A DNA stretch of 35,415 nucleotides from Candidatus Sericytochromatia bacterium. Its GTDB lineage: Bacteria > Cyanobacteriota > Sericytochromatia > UBA7694. Positions 25,612 through 33,693 of this stretch are shown here, piece after piece. The position numbers and the translations under genes are program-made. Location of the stretch: assembly GCA_044356335.1 (NCBI GenBank), contig JBIKWL010000056.1, positions 1 to 35,415 of the forward strand, written 5' to 3'. The notes beneath the pieces were generated by a model. That model worked only from the letters and a program-made list of their open reading frames with translations. It was not told where the DNA came from and searched no databases. Within the stretch, counting starts at the first letter, position 1. Every line of letters starts with the position of its first letter.

Positions 25612-26819
25612 TCTGTCAGGTAGATTTAGCCGCGATTCAACAAGCCGAAACCCAAATTCGGCCTGTTGCAAGGGTGACGCCGATCTTGGAATCGATGCGC
25701 CTGAGTGAGATCTTGGGGGCTCCAGTTACTCTCAAACTCGAAAATTTACAGCGCACAGGCTCGTTTAAAATTCGTGGGGCCTATTATAAGCTGCGTAAAT
25801 TGGCTGAAGAAGGCCAGGTCAAACAGGTGATGGCGATTTCTGCAGGCAATCACGCTCAGGGGGTGGCTCTGGCCGGTCGCCTGACAGGTATTTCGAGCAC
25901 CGTCTTCATGCCTGCTGATGCCCCCTTGGCCAAGGTTCAGGCCACCCGCAATTATGGCGCAGAGGTGATCTGCATTGGCAAAAGCTTTGATGAAACCAAA
26001 GACCATGCCATGGAATGGCTCGAAGCTAACCCCGTGACCTTTATCAGCCCTTTTGACGATGACGATATCATTACAGGTCAAGGCTCATGTGGTCTTGAGA
26101 TTTTGGATCAAGTGCCCGAAGTTGAAACGGTTGTGGTCCCTGTCGGTGGTGGGGGGTTGCTCTCTGGGATTGCCATTGCGATCAAGGCTTTGAAGCCCTC
26201 CGTCAGATTGATTGGCGTGCAAGCCCGGGCTTCGTCTTCGCTTTACGAATCGTTTGCGCGCAAGAAGCTGATCCTCGCTCCTTCAAGTCCCACCATTGCC
26301 GACGGAATTGCAATCAAAAAGCCCGCTCAGCGCAATTTTGAGGTGCTTTGCCATTATGTCGATGAGATGGTGCAGGTTTCCGAAGAAGAACTCAGTGATG
26401 CCCTCTATTTTGCAATTCAATACAAACATGTGATAGCCGAAGGCGCAGGGGTTGCTGGTTTGGCTGCTTTGCTCAGTGGAAAGGTGCCTGCCACAGGCCC
26501 GACCTTGGTGGTCTTGAGTGGGGGAAATATTGATGTCAAATTACTGGATTCGATTATCAACAAAGGCATGATGCGTGCCGGGCGCTTTTTAACCTTTAAA
26601 ACCCTGATCACCGACTCACCGGGCTCCCTCAAAAAAGTCTTAAAACTCTTGGCAGGGCAAAAAGCCAATGTTCTGCATATTGAACATGCCCGCTTTCGTT
26701 CTGATATTCCTTTGGGGACGACCCAAATCGAGGTCGAGATCGAAACCCGCGACCACCAACACGCGGCAGAGATTGTGGCTGAACTGGAAGACAAAGGCTA
26801 TCGGGTTCAGCGCCTTTAA
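25608..26819 (+). CDS. ilvA: Threonine dehydratase (threonine ammonia-lyase), PLP-dependent, with single C-terminal ACT-like regulatory domain
   Basis: The PLP-lysine motif is LKLENLQRTGSFKIRGA. Also present are SAGNHAQGVALAG and the Gly-rich loop VVPVGGGGLLSGIAIA. The C-terminal ~90 aa are regulatory domain-like. An ATGA overlap couples it to the MMPL gene. Confidence 0.85.
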   Translation: MICQVDLAAIQQAETQIRPVARVTPILESMRLSEILGAPVTLKLENLQRTGSFKIRGAYYKLRKLAEEGQVKQVMAISAGNHAQGVALAGRLTGISSTVFMPADAPLAKVQATRNYGAEVICIGKSFDETKDHAMEWLEANPVTFISPFDDDDIITGQGSCGLEILDQVPEVETVVVPVGGGGLLSGIAIAIKALKPSVRLIGVQARASSSLYESFARKKLILAPSSPTIADGIAIKKPAQRNFEVLCHYVDEMVQVSEEELSDALYFAIQYKHVIAEGAGVAGLAALLSGKVPATGPTLVVLSGGNIDVKLLDSIINKGMMRAGRFLTFKTLITDSPGSLKKVLKLLAGQKANVLHIEHARFRSDIPLGTTQIEVEIETRDHQHAAEIVAELEDKGYRVQRL

Positions 26820-26865
26820 AGCCAACAGATAGACATTCTCACAGCTCTCCAGTATTCTGATTAGC

Positions 26866-28056
26866 ATGTCAACGCAGAAATCACGCAGCACAAAATTTCT
26901 TCCGGGTCTACTCGTATTGGGGCTTTTGCTCTTACTGGGCTCTCCTTTTGTTCACTGGGCTTGGCAACCCGAATTGCCTTTGCAACTCGCGATTGTCGAC
27001 AAAACAGTGCCCGAACGCACGTTTCGAGAGCATGTGGCCCTGATTTGGAGCCTGAACCATTTTAAAGTGCCTCACCCCGATGGTCGCAACTGGAACAAAG
27101 AAACCGATTATCGGGGCTATACCCCCGAAGACCCTGTTCGAAATAAGCCCGCCATTGCAGAAGATCTACAGCCGGCTGATCTCAAGGGCAAAGATCTGCT
27201 CTTTGTGGCTGATACCTACGGAGTCTATAGCCAAGACAAAGCCGAAGCCCGCCGCGAAGTTGCTCCCGATTACAGCCGCAAAATCTATGGCGGCTTTGAC
27301 GAACGCGAAGTCGGTTTGATTGAGAATTTTGTCGGCAGTGGCAAAGCCCTGATCGCTGAATTTAATACCTTTGCCTCCCCCACCAAAGGGGCTGCCCGCG
27401 ATCGCATGGAATCTCTCTTGGGTTTAGACTGGACCGAATGGAGTGGACGCTATTTTGAAGAGCTTTCACACCCGACCGAAATTCCCGCCTGGGCCCGACG
27501 CAATTGGAAGAAACAGACAGGCAAAGACTGGGCTTTTAAAGGACCAGGATTTTTGTTTGTGCATGAAAACAGCCGGGTGGTGGTGCTGGAAGAGAACAAA
27601 GAAGTCAGTCCCGAAGGTCTGCGCATGTTTAAAACTTCCTCCCATCGTTTGACAGAAGGCATGGGCACTGGGGTGGCTTTTCACTACTGGTTTGATATTC
27701 TCAAAGCCCTTCCCGGCACAGAAGTCTTGGCTGAATACCGTCTGGACTTGACCCAAAGTGGGGCCGCCCTTTTGAGCAAAGAGGGTATTCCCCATCAATT
27801 CCCGGCTGTGATTCTGAAAGAAAAACCCAGTTTGCGTTTGTATATTGCAGGCGATGCCTCGGACAATGCCCTGGATCTGGGGAGCGAGGCTTGGTCGGGG
27901 CGCCAAAGCTGGTTTAAATACTGGCCTTTTGACAATCCCAATGCCGAGCAAATCGACTTTTTCTGGCGCATTTATGTGCCCCTTTTGCGCAATGTCTTTA
28001 CAGAACTCAGTCATACCTATCATTCCTCTTCGGGAGGCCCCCATGCCAGCCCCTGA
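26866..28056 (+). CDS. Hypothetical protein with N-terminal membrane anchor/signal (396 aa), family not recognised
   Basis: The N-terminus is KFLPGLLVLGLLLLLGSPFVHWAW, then a soluble Trp-rich domain. The 3' end overlaps the thioesterase gene by 14 nt. Confidence 0.5.
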   Translation: MSTQKSRSTKFLPGLLVLGLLLLLGSPFVHWAWQPELPLQLAIVDKTVPERTFREHVALIWSLNHFKVPHPDGRNWNKETDYRGYTPEDPVRNKPAIAEDLQPADLKGKDLLFVADTYGVYSQDKAEARREVAPDYSRKIYGGFDEREVGLIENFVGSGKALIAEFNTFASPTKGAARDRMESLLGLDWTEWSGRYFEELSHPTEIPAWARRNWKKQTGKDWAFKGPGFLFVHENSRVVVLEENKEVSPEGLRMFKTSSHRLTEGMGTGVAFHYWFDILKALPGTEVLAEYRLDLTQSGAALLSKEGIPHQFPAVILKEKPSLRLYIAGDASDNALDLGSEAWSGRQSWFKYWPFDNPNAEQIDFFWRIYVPLLRNVFTELSHTYHSSSGGPHASP

Positions 28057-28483
28057 TTTTAGCCAACTCGATCTGAGCGCACTCAATGCGTTTATGAAAA
28101 ACACGGCAGCTGAATCGCTCGGAATTGAATGTGTGGCATCCGGACCCGATTGGATCGAAGCCCAGATGCCCGTCGACCACCGCACCCATCAACCGGCGGG
28201 GCTTTTACATGGTGGGGCTTCGGTTTTGCTGGCCGAGACCCTCGGCAGCGTGGCGGGGAGTCTCTGTGTCGATCGCAGCAGCCAAGCTGTGGTCGGGGTT
28301 GAAATCAATGCCAACCATTTGCGGGGTGTTTCAGAAGGACATGTCATTGGCCGGGTTTCGCCACTGCATTTGGGCCGTACCACCCAGGTCTGGGAAATTC
28401 GCATTCGCGACGACAAAGACCGACTGGTGTGTATCAGCCGATTGACCATCGCTGTGATTCAAAAGCCGACAGCCAAGGCTTAA
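28043..28483 (+). CDS. PaaI/YbgC-type hotdog-fold acyl-CoA thioesterase
   Basis: GGGAGG lies 5 nt upstream of ATG 28043. The 146-aa protein has GLLHGGASVLLAETLGS (HGG motif) and a C-terminal beta-hairpin RLVCISRLTIAVI typical of the PaaI family. Confidence 0.8.
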   Translation: MPAPDFSQLDLSALNAFMKNTAAESLGIECVASGPDWIEAQMPVDHRTHQPAGLLHGGASVLLAETLGSVAGSLCVDRSSQAVVGVEINANHLRGVSEGHVIGRVSPLHLGRTTQVWEIRIRDDKDRLVCISRLTIAVIQKPTAKA

Positions 28484-28492
28484 AGAGCAACC

Positions 28493-29512
28493 TTGTTTAA
28501 CACATTTCGCGCACTTCTGCCTGGTGTGGGGCTTTCAGCGCTTTTGGCCGGGCTCTCAATCTGGCTGTCGCGGCTGCCTGAATTGTCCAAACAGCTGCCA
28601 CTGAGTCCACTGCTTTTGGCTATTTTTATCGGCCTTTTGCTGGGTAATTTGCGTCTCTGGCCCGCCATTTACAAACCCGGATTGACCTTTTCACTCAAAA
28701 AAATCCTGCGTCTGGGGATTATTCTGCTCGGCTTTAAAATTTCACTGACCCAGATTCAGACCATTGGTTGGCAGGGGTTGCTGCTTTTAAGCCTGACTGT
28801 TTGCAGTTCATTTTTCTTTACCATTTGGCTGGGCAAACGCCTGGGGCTTTCGTCCAAACTCAGTATTCTCTTGGCCTCTGGCACCTCCATTTGCGGGGCT
28901 TCTGCGATTGTCGCCACCGATGCTGTGATCGAGGCCGAAGAGCAGGATTGCGCCTATGCTGTTGCGACGATTACACTCATGGGCACACTTGCGATGAGCC
29001 TGTATCCCCTGGCTCAAATGGCCCTGCATTTTTCACCCCAAAGTTATGGGATTTGGGTTGGAGCCTCGATTCATGAAGTGGCCCAGGTGATTGCCGCAGG
29101 TTTTGCCCATGGAGAACAAAGTGGGCAGGTTGCCAGTTTGATCAAGATGACCCGGGTCGTCTTTTTGGTGCCCGTGATCTTTGGCCTATTGGCATGGCAT
29201 ATTCGCATTCAAAGCCAGAACCAAACAAAAAAACTCAATTGGAAAGAACTTCCCCTGCCCTGGTTTGTTTTGCTGTTTGTGGGTATGATAGGGGTAAATT
29301 CACTCGGTTTTTTGCCTGTGCCAGTGGTGCAGGGACTGGTGGAACTCGACTTATTTTTAATCAGCATGGCGATGGCAGCATTGGGGCTGGAAACCCGCCT
29401 CGATAAACTCCGGGCCACAGGTCTCAAGCCGCTTTGGCTGGGATTGGGAGCCTCGGTTTTTATTTCGCTCAGCAGTTTGGGGCTTTTGGCTTTGTTGTAT
29501 CCGCTGTTTTAA
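28493..29512 (+). CDS. YeiH/UPF0324 family integral membrane protein (putative sulfate exporter family)
   Basis: The protein is colinear with E. coli YeiH. LLGNLRLWPAIYKPGLTFSLKKILRLGIILLGFKISLTQI corresponds to YeiH LGMVLGN...QYLLRLGIILYGFRLTFSQI. The ASGTSICGASAIVATDAVIEAEEQD and GIWVGASIHEVAQVIAAG motifs, and MAMAALGLETRL, match near identically. Confidence 0.85.
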   Translation: MFNTFRALLPGVGLSALLAGLSIWLSRLPELSKQLPLSPLLLAIFIGLLLGNLRLWPAIYKPGLTFSLKKILRLGIILLGFKISLTQIQTIGWQGLLLLSLTVCSSFFFTIWLGKRLGLSSKLSILLASGTSICGASAIVATDAVIEAEEQDCAYAVATITLMGTLAMSLYPLAQMALHFSPQSYGIWVGASIHEVAQVIAAGFAHGEQSGQVASLIKMTRVVFLVPVIFGLLAWHIRIQSQNQTKKLNWKELPLPWFVLLFVGMIGVNSLGFLPVPVVQGLVELDLFLISMAMAALGLETRLDKLRATGLKPLWLGLGASVFISLSSLGLLALLYPLF

Positions 29513-29536
29513 TCTTGTTTGAGAAAGGATCTTTGG

Positions 29537-30847
29537 ATGGAACTGACCGAAGCGCAATGGGCCCGGCTCAAATTTTGGCGCACTTCAACTTTCTTTGTGA
29601 TGCTCTTTGGTTATATTGGCTATTATATGATTCGCCAAAACCTCTCAGCCGCGCTGCCCCTCATGAAAACCGTTTTTCATTACTCCAATTCGGATTTGGG
29701 TTTAATTGGCGCTTCATCTGAAATTGTCTATGCCCTTGGCAAATTTATCAATGGACCCTTGGCCGACAAACTCGGTGGCAAAAAAATATTTTTGCTCGGC
29801 ATGGCGGGCGGCATTCTCTGCAATCTGGCCTTTGCTTTTGGCAGCTCAATTCTCTGGTTTACGGTGGTTTGGTGCATTTGCCGCTACTTCCTGTCGATGG
29901 GCTGGGGCGGGGTCGCCAAAACCATGGGGGCTTGGTATGAGCCCGAAAAAAATGGCACAGTCATGGGCTGGATCAGCCTGAACTTTCAATTTGGCGGGGT
30001 CTTGGCCACGCTCTTTGCGGGTTGGCTCGTCAGCCAGGGCCAAACCTGGGACAAGCTGTTTATCTACCCGGCCCTGATTGTCACAGGGGTCTGGATCTGG
30101 TCGTATTTTGCCTCCAAAGAAGATCCCGGCAGTGTGATTCCGGGGGCCACTTTTGCCGGTGAAGGCAATGACACCTCGTTGGCCAATTTTGAAGGCCAAG
30201 CAAATGTGGGCGCGGGACAGATTATACGCACCCTGTTGGTGATGAAAATTTTTAGGCACCTGTTGGTCTTTGCCTTTTTGACCACTTTTTTGCGCTCGAT
30301 TTTTATTTTTTGGACCCCCAAATTTTTGGTGGATATTGGCATGGGCAGTGCCAGTGCAATCTTCAGTTCCGCGCTATTGCCATTTCTGGGCTGTATTGGC
30401 ACGATTCTCTTGGGCTGGTATACCGACAAACACGCGCGTCACAACCGCGCGCGGGCGATGTGGATCATGCTAGTGGGCTTGTTTTTCTCTCTTGTGGGGA
30501 TTGCCCTCTTCGCCAAAAGCGGACCCGCTTATTATGGGGTGATTGTACTGTTGCTGGGCATGAGTGGCTTCTTTTTGCTGGGGCCCTATTCGATGTCAGC
30601 TGGGGCTCTGACGCTCGACATTGCTGGGGCCAAAGGGGCTGGCACCTGTGCCGGAATTATTGACGGCGTGGGTTATATCGGTGGGGCCTTGGCCACTTGG
30701 GGAGCGGGAGCCCTCTCCGACAGTCTGGGTTGGACCCAGGTCTTTTGGATGCTGGCGGCCTGTGCCCTGCTCTCTGTCGGTTCAGCCATGTTGATGAGTC
30801 GCCATTTTAATGCCGTGGCCCAACACAAAGAACCTGCAGTGGGTTAA
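29537..30847 (+). CDS. MFS transporter of the organophosphate:phosphate antiporter (OPA; GlpT/UhpC/PgtP-like) family
   Basis: AAAGGA lies 7 nt upstream of ATG 29537. RLKFWRTSTFFVMLFGYIGYYMIRQNLSAALP corresponds to E. coli GlpT [27 protein letters not shown]. G(F/K)FINGPLADKLGGKK and GMGWGGVAKTMGAWYEPEKNGTVMGWIS correspond to GlpT motifs. 12 TM segments. Confidence 0.85.
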   Translation: MELTEAQWARLKFWRTSTFFVMLFGYIGYYMIRQNLSAALPLMKTVFHYSNSDLGLIGASSEIVYALGKFINGPLADKLGGKKIFLLGMAGGILCNLAFAFGSSILWFTVVWCICRYFLSMGWGGVAKTMGAWYEPEKNGTVMGWISLNFQFGGVLATLFAGWLVSQGQTWDKLFIYPALIVTGVWIWSYFASKEDPGSVIPGATFAGEGNDTSLANFEGQANVGAGQIIRTLLVMKIFRHLLVFAFLTTFLRSIFIFWTPKFLVDIGMGSASAIFSSALLPFLGCIGTILLGWYTDKHARHNRARAMWIMLVGLFFSLVGIALFAKSGPAYYGVIVLLLGMSGFFLLGPYSMSAGALTLDIAGAKGAGTCAGIIDGVGYIGGALATWGAGALSDSLGWTQVFWMLAACALLSVGSAMLMSRHFNAVAQHKEPAVG

Positions 30848-30853
30848 CGGAAT

Positions 30854-31735
30854 TTAAGGCAAAAAGATCTCGGGCTCAAAGCGGACGGTGGCAAAAAACT
30901 CACTCCAAGAGGCGCTGAAATTGGCGCTGCCGCCGCTGCCGAGATGGAATTGCTGACGAAAGCCGACCTCTCCGCCGAGATAGGGCAAAAAGCGCCCGTA
31001 CCAACTCAGGCCCAGATGAAAAATACTCATATTGCTGGGGAAATTGGCTGTTGTGGAATCGGTTAAAACCGGGGTAAAGGGATACGCTGCCACATTGACA
31101 AACAAAAACAGTGGAAAGGGCAATGTGTCGTCAAAACGCACGGCCAATTGGGTGCCCAAACCAAACCCCAATCGGTTTTGGTTGACATGGTAGTAGACCG
31201 ATTTATCGTCAATGTTTTTGTCGTTGTGATTGAATTGGGCAGACATGCCCAGATACGGTGCCAATTCAATTCGGTCTTTTAAAAGTTTGAAGAAATAGCC
31301 CACGCCAGCATCGAGAAAATGGGTATAGCGTCCAAATTGATCCCCTGTACGCTGGTTTTTGACCGGCTGGGAAAGAAAGGTATAGTCCATAAAGACATAG
31401 GCGTTTTTGAGATTCCCCTCTTTAAAACGGTACATTCCGCCAATCCGGGGCTCGTGATAGACCACCCCCCCCGCTGTAATTTCACCCAATTCGGTACTCG
31501 GAAGGGTTAGTTTTTCTCCAAAGAGGTCAATCTGATAGCCAAGTCGGCCATAGGTCCGCATCACGGGCTCATGGCTTTCCTCTGCGCTGACGGGGGTGGG
31601 TTCAGGCTGGGATGAAGTGGGCGAAGCACCCGGACTGGGCTGTTCGTTAAGGGGTTCATCATAAGACTCAGCCCAGACAGGCTGTGCAATTAATCCAGAC
31701 AGAAGTAAGAATGTGGCAAAAAGAGACTTGGGCAT
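30854..31735 (-). CDS. Secreted protein with cleavable signal peptide; amphipathic beta-strand pattern suggests an outer-membrane beta-barrel
   Basis: The signal peptide is MPKSLFATFLLLSGLIAQPVWA-ESYDE. A Pro/Ser-rich N-terminal segment precedes alternating hydrophobic/polar stretches (YLGGEVGFRQQFHLGSG..NFSASWSEFFATVRF). Convergent with the MFS gene, 6-nt gap. Confidence 0.5.
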   Translation of the reverse strand: MPKSLFATFLLLSGLIAQPVWAESYDEPLNEQPSPGASPTSSQPEPTPVSAEESHEPVMRTYGRLGYQIDLFGEKLTLPSTELGEITAGGVVYHEPRIGGMYRFKEGNLKNAYVFMDYTFLSQPVKNQRTGDQFGRYTHFLDAGVGYFFKLLKDRIELAPYLGMSAQFNHNDKNIDDKSVYYHVNQNRLGFGLGTQLAVRFDDTLPFPLFLFVNVAAYPFTPVLTDSTTANFPSNMSIFHLGLSWYGRFLPYLGGEVGFRQQFHLGSGGSANFSASWSEFFATVRFEPEIFLP

Positions 31736-31916
31736 AAGACCTCATCAGCTAAAATTAGTTGGGGGTATTTTCTATCCCTACATCGTAACCGATTCCTGGT
31801 TTGAATCCAATTCACTCATGTATTTCGCATTTAGTCTAAACTTAATCCCTTTTCTCTGGATATAGAGTTGCCGTTTCTGTTATGAATAGAATAACTCTGG
31901 CGTTTCAGGACTAGGC

Positions 31917-32123
31917 ATGACTCATTTACAAGAACAGGTATTTCTGATCACTTATCAGCAAAATGGCTTACTTATGCGGGATCGTTTCTTTTCAGAAGCA
32001 GAGCCTGCTCGGCAGCACTTGACCTATCTTCAACACCTTTTTCCCGACTCCCAAGTTCAATTGCATGTTTTGTCGCTGCACAAGCGATCGCGCAGCAATT
32101 TCAGTCAAAGCACGCCACTCTAA
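31917..32123 (+). CDS. Possible small protein (68 aa), no recognisable family
   Basis: AGGA lies 6 nt upstream of the ATG. The composition is not low-complexity. Only ORF evidence. Confidence 0.25.
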   Translation: MTHLQEQVFLITYQQNGLLMRDRFFSEAEPARQHLTYLQHLFPDSQVQLHVLSLHKRSRSNFSQSTPL

Positions 32124-32150
32124 CACTCTCAAAAGCCTGTTTTTAGGGCC

Positions 32151-32179
32151 TTAGCCAAGACCTCTGGGTGTGGTATAAT
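32151..32179 (+). promoter_or_regulatory. Sigma70-type promoter with extended -10 (TTAGCC-N17-TGgTATAAT) for the TPR/NHL gene
   Basis: A perfect TATAAT at 32174-32179 is preceded by TGG. The -35-like TTAGCC sits at 17-bp spacing. It lies ~75 nt upstream of ATG 32253. Confidence 0.4.
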
Positions 32180-32186
32180 GCCCTTG

Positions 32187-32214
32187 TTTTTAGTGATACC
32201 TTTTTAGTGATACC
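32187..32214 (+). repeat. Perfect tandem 14-bp direct repeat (TTTTTAGTGATACC x2) immediately downstream of the -10 element (5'UTR/operator position)
   Basis: Seen directly. It starts 8 nt after TATAAT and so spans the predicted transcription start region. Confidence 0.35.
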
Positions 32215-32252
32215 TCATATGAGAGTATGTTTGAGGAGAGCCTGAGTTTTTT

Positions 32253-33671
32253 ATGAGCAGCCGCCTTGCCTATCAGTCCCCTGAATTCACCGCCGCCGCC
32301 GCGGACCCTCAGGACCTGCAAAAATGGGAAGAAACCCAATTTGCCCTCTATCGCAAACGCACAGAAGATGCTAAAACCAGTCAGAGTGATCTCCTGGCCT
32401 GCTCCGAATTGGCCATCCGCAACAAAGATGCAAGCTGTGCCCAAAGTTGTCTGGAGCGCAGCCTCAAGCTCAATCCCCAAGAAGCGGATGCGGTTTATTT
32501 ACAAGCCCTTTTGGCCCTGGCTCAGAACCAATCAGAGACTGCTTTGAGCCAATTGGAGGCCTTGGCCCCCACTCTGCCCAGCTCAGGAGCCGATTCTGCC
32601 CGCGTCTGGCGTCTTTTGGCCCAGGAGCGCCTGCGCCAAAAATCAGATTTGCCTGCAGCTGTCGCTGCCTTTGCCAAAGCCTGCGAAGTTGTCCAAGCCC
32701 CAGATTTTTTACACACCACCACCCGCTCTTCAGATGCGGTTAGCGCAGATATGCTCTCGTTTGACTTTTTGCTCTTCGACCGCTTGTATGCTTGGGAAGG
32801 GGGCAAAGCCCCTCTGCGCTTGGTTGCCTTGGCGACAGGCCCACAAGATCAGCTCTATTTGCTCGACAATTATAACCGCCTGATTTTTCAATTTGATGCC
32901 AATGGCAAATTTGAGCGCGGTATCAGCGAACGCCAATTGGCCATGGGGCAATTTTTACATCCTGAGGCCCGCTGGGAACTCTCAGATCTCTGTGTCGGGC
33001 CCAATGGCCATATTTATTTGGCAGGCAACCGAGATGTAATTGGGGTCTTCAGCCCCGATTGGAAACTGCTCAGAACCTATTCCGCCCCAGCATCAAACCG
33101 TCCACTGCGTCCCATTTCGCTGGCAGTTGATGCCCAAAATCAGCTCTATGTACTCTATTTGCACATGGAAGGCATTCATGTCTTTAATGCTCAGGGCTTT
33201 CACGAAGGGGCCTTTGGCAATAACACCACCATGCCCCAGAGCGGCAAAAATTATTATTGTGGCCTGGCCGTCGACAAAGCCAAACGGATCTATCTTTACG
33301 ATCGTGAAAAAGTCCAGGTCTTTCACAGCGAAACCCGTGAGTGGCTCAAAACCTTGGATTTGCCTGCGGGCAAAAGTCTCGATGACGGAGATTACCCCTT
33401 TTGTTGGAACGGCGCAGCAATTGACCCAGATGGCCTACTTTGGTTGGCTGATACCGCCAATAACCGGGTATTGAACCTCAAAGAGGGAGAAATTTCAGCC
33501 CCTTTGCCCAAACTGGATCCAAAATTACAGAATTTGTCCCATCCTTTTGATATAACTTTTGACAGCCAGGGCCGTCTGTATCTGGCAGATACCCAACGCG
33601 CCCGCGTTTTAAAATACGAAGCGCAAAAATGGTCCCAGGTCTTTGGGCATCCCACCTTTGAAGCCGTTTAA
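32253..33671 (+). CDS. Protein with N-terminal TPR-like helical region and C-terminal NHL-repeat beta-propeller
   Basis: The N-terminus has TPR-like helices (CAQSCLERSLKLNPQEADAVYLQALLALAQNQSETA). The C-terminal blades carry NHL-like signatures (LYLLDNYNRLIFQF, LLWLADTANNRVLNL, LYLADTQRARVLKY). Confidence 0.6.
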   Translation: MSSRLAYQSPEFTAAAADPQDLQKWEETQFALYRKRTEDAKTSQSDLLACSELAIRNKDASCAQSCLERSLKLNPQEADAVYLQALLALAQNQSETALSQLEALAPTLPSSGADSARVWRLLAQERLRQKSDLPAAVAAFAKACEVVQAPDFLHTTTRSSDAVSADMLSFDFLLFDRLYAWEGGKAPLRLVALATGPQDQLYLLDNYNRLIFQFDANGKFERGISERQLAMGQFLHPEARWELSDLCVGPNGHIYLAGNRDVIGVFSPDWKLLRTYSAPASNRPLRPISLAVDAQNQLYVLYLHMEGIHVFNAQGFHEGAFGNNTTMPQSGKNYYCGLAVDKAKRIYLYDREKVQVFHSETREWLKTLDLPAGKSLDDGDYPFCWNGAAIDPDGLLWLADTANNRVLNLKEGEISAPLPKLDPKLQNLSHPFDITFDSQGRLYLADTQRARVLKYEAQKWSQVFGHPTFEAV

Positions 33672-33693
33672 TGCAGGAGTGAGGTAATAGTAT

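Noticed and set aside
31798-31808. GGTTTGAATCC, resembling a tRNA T-arm (GGTTCGAATCC), in the 31736-31916 intergenic region
   Set aside because: The flanking sequence cannot form a T-stem, acceptor stem or CCA-compatible 3' end, and no matching 5' acceptor strand lies ~60 nt upstream. At most it is a decayed tRNA fragment, not a gene.
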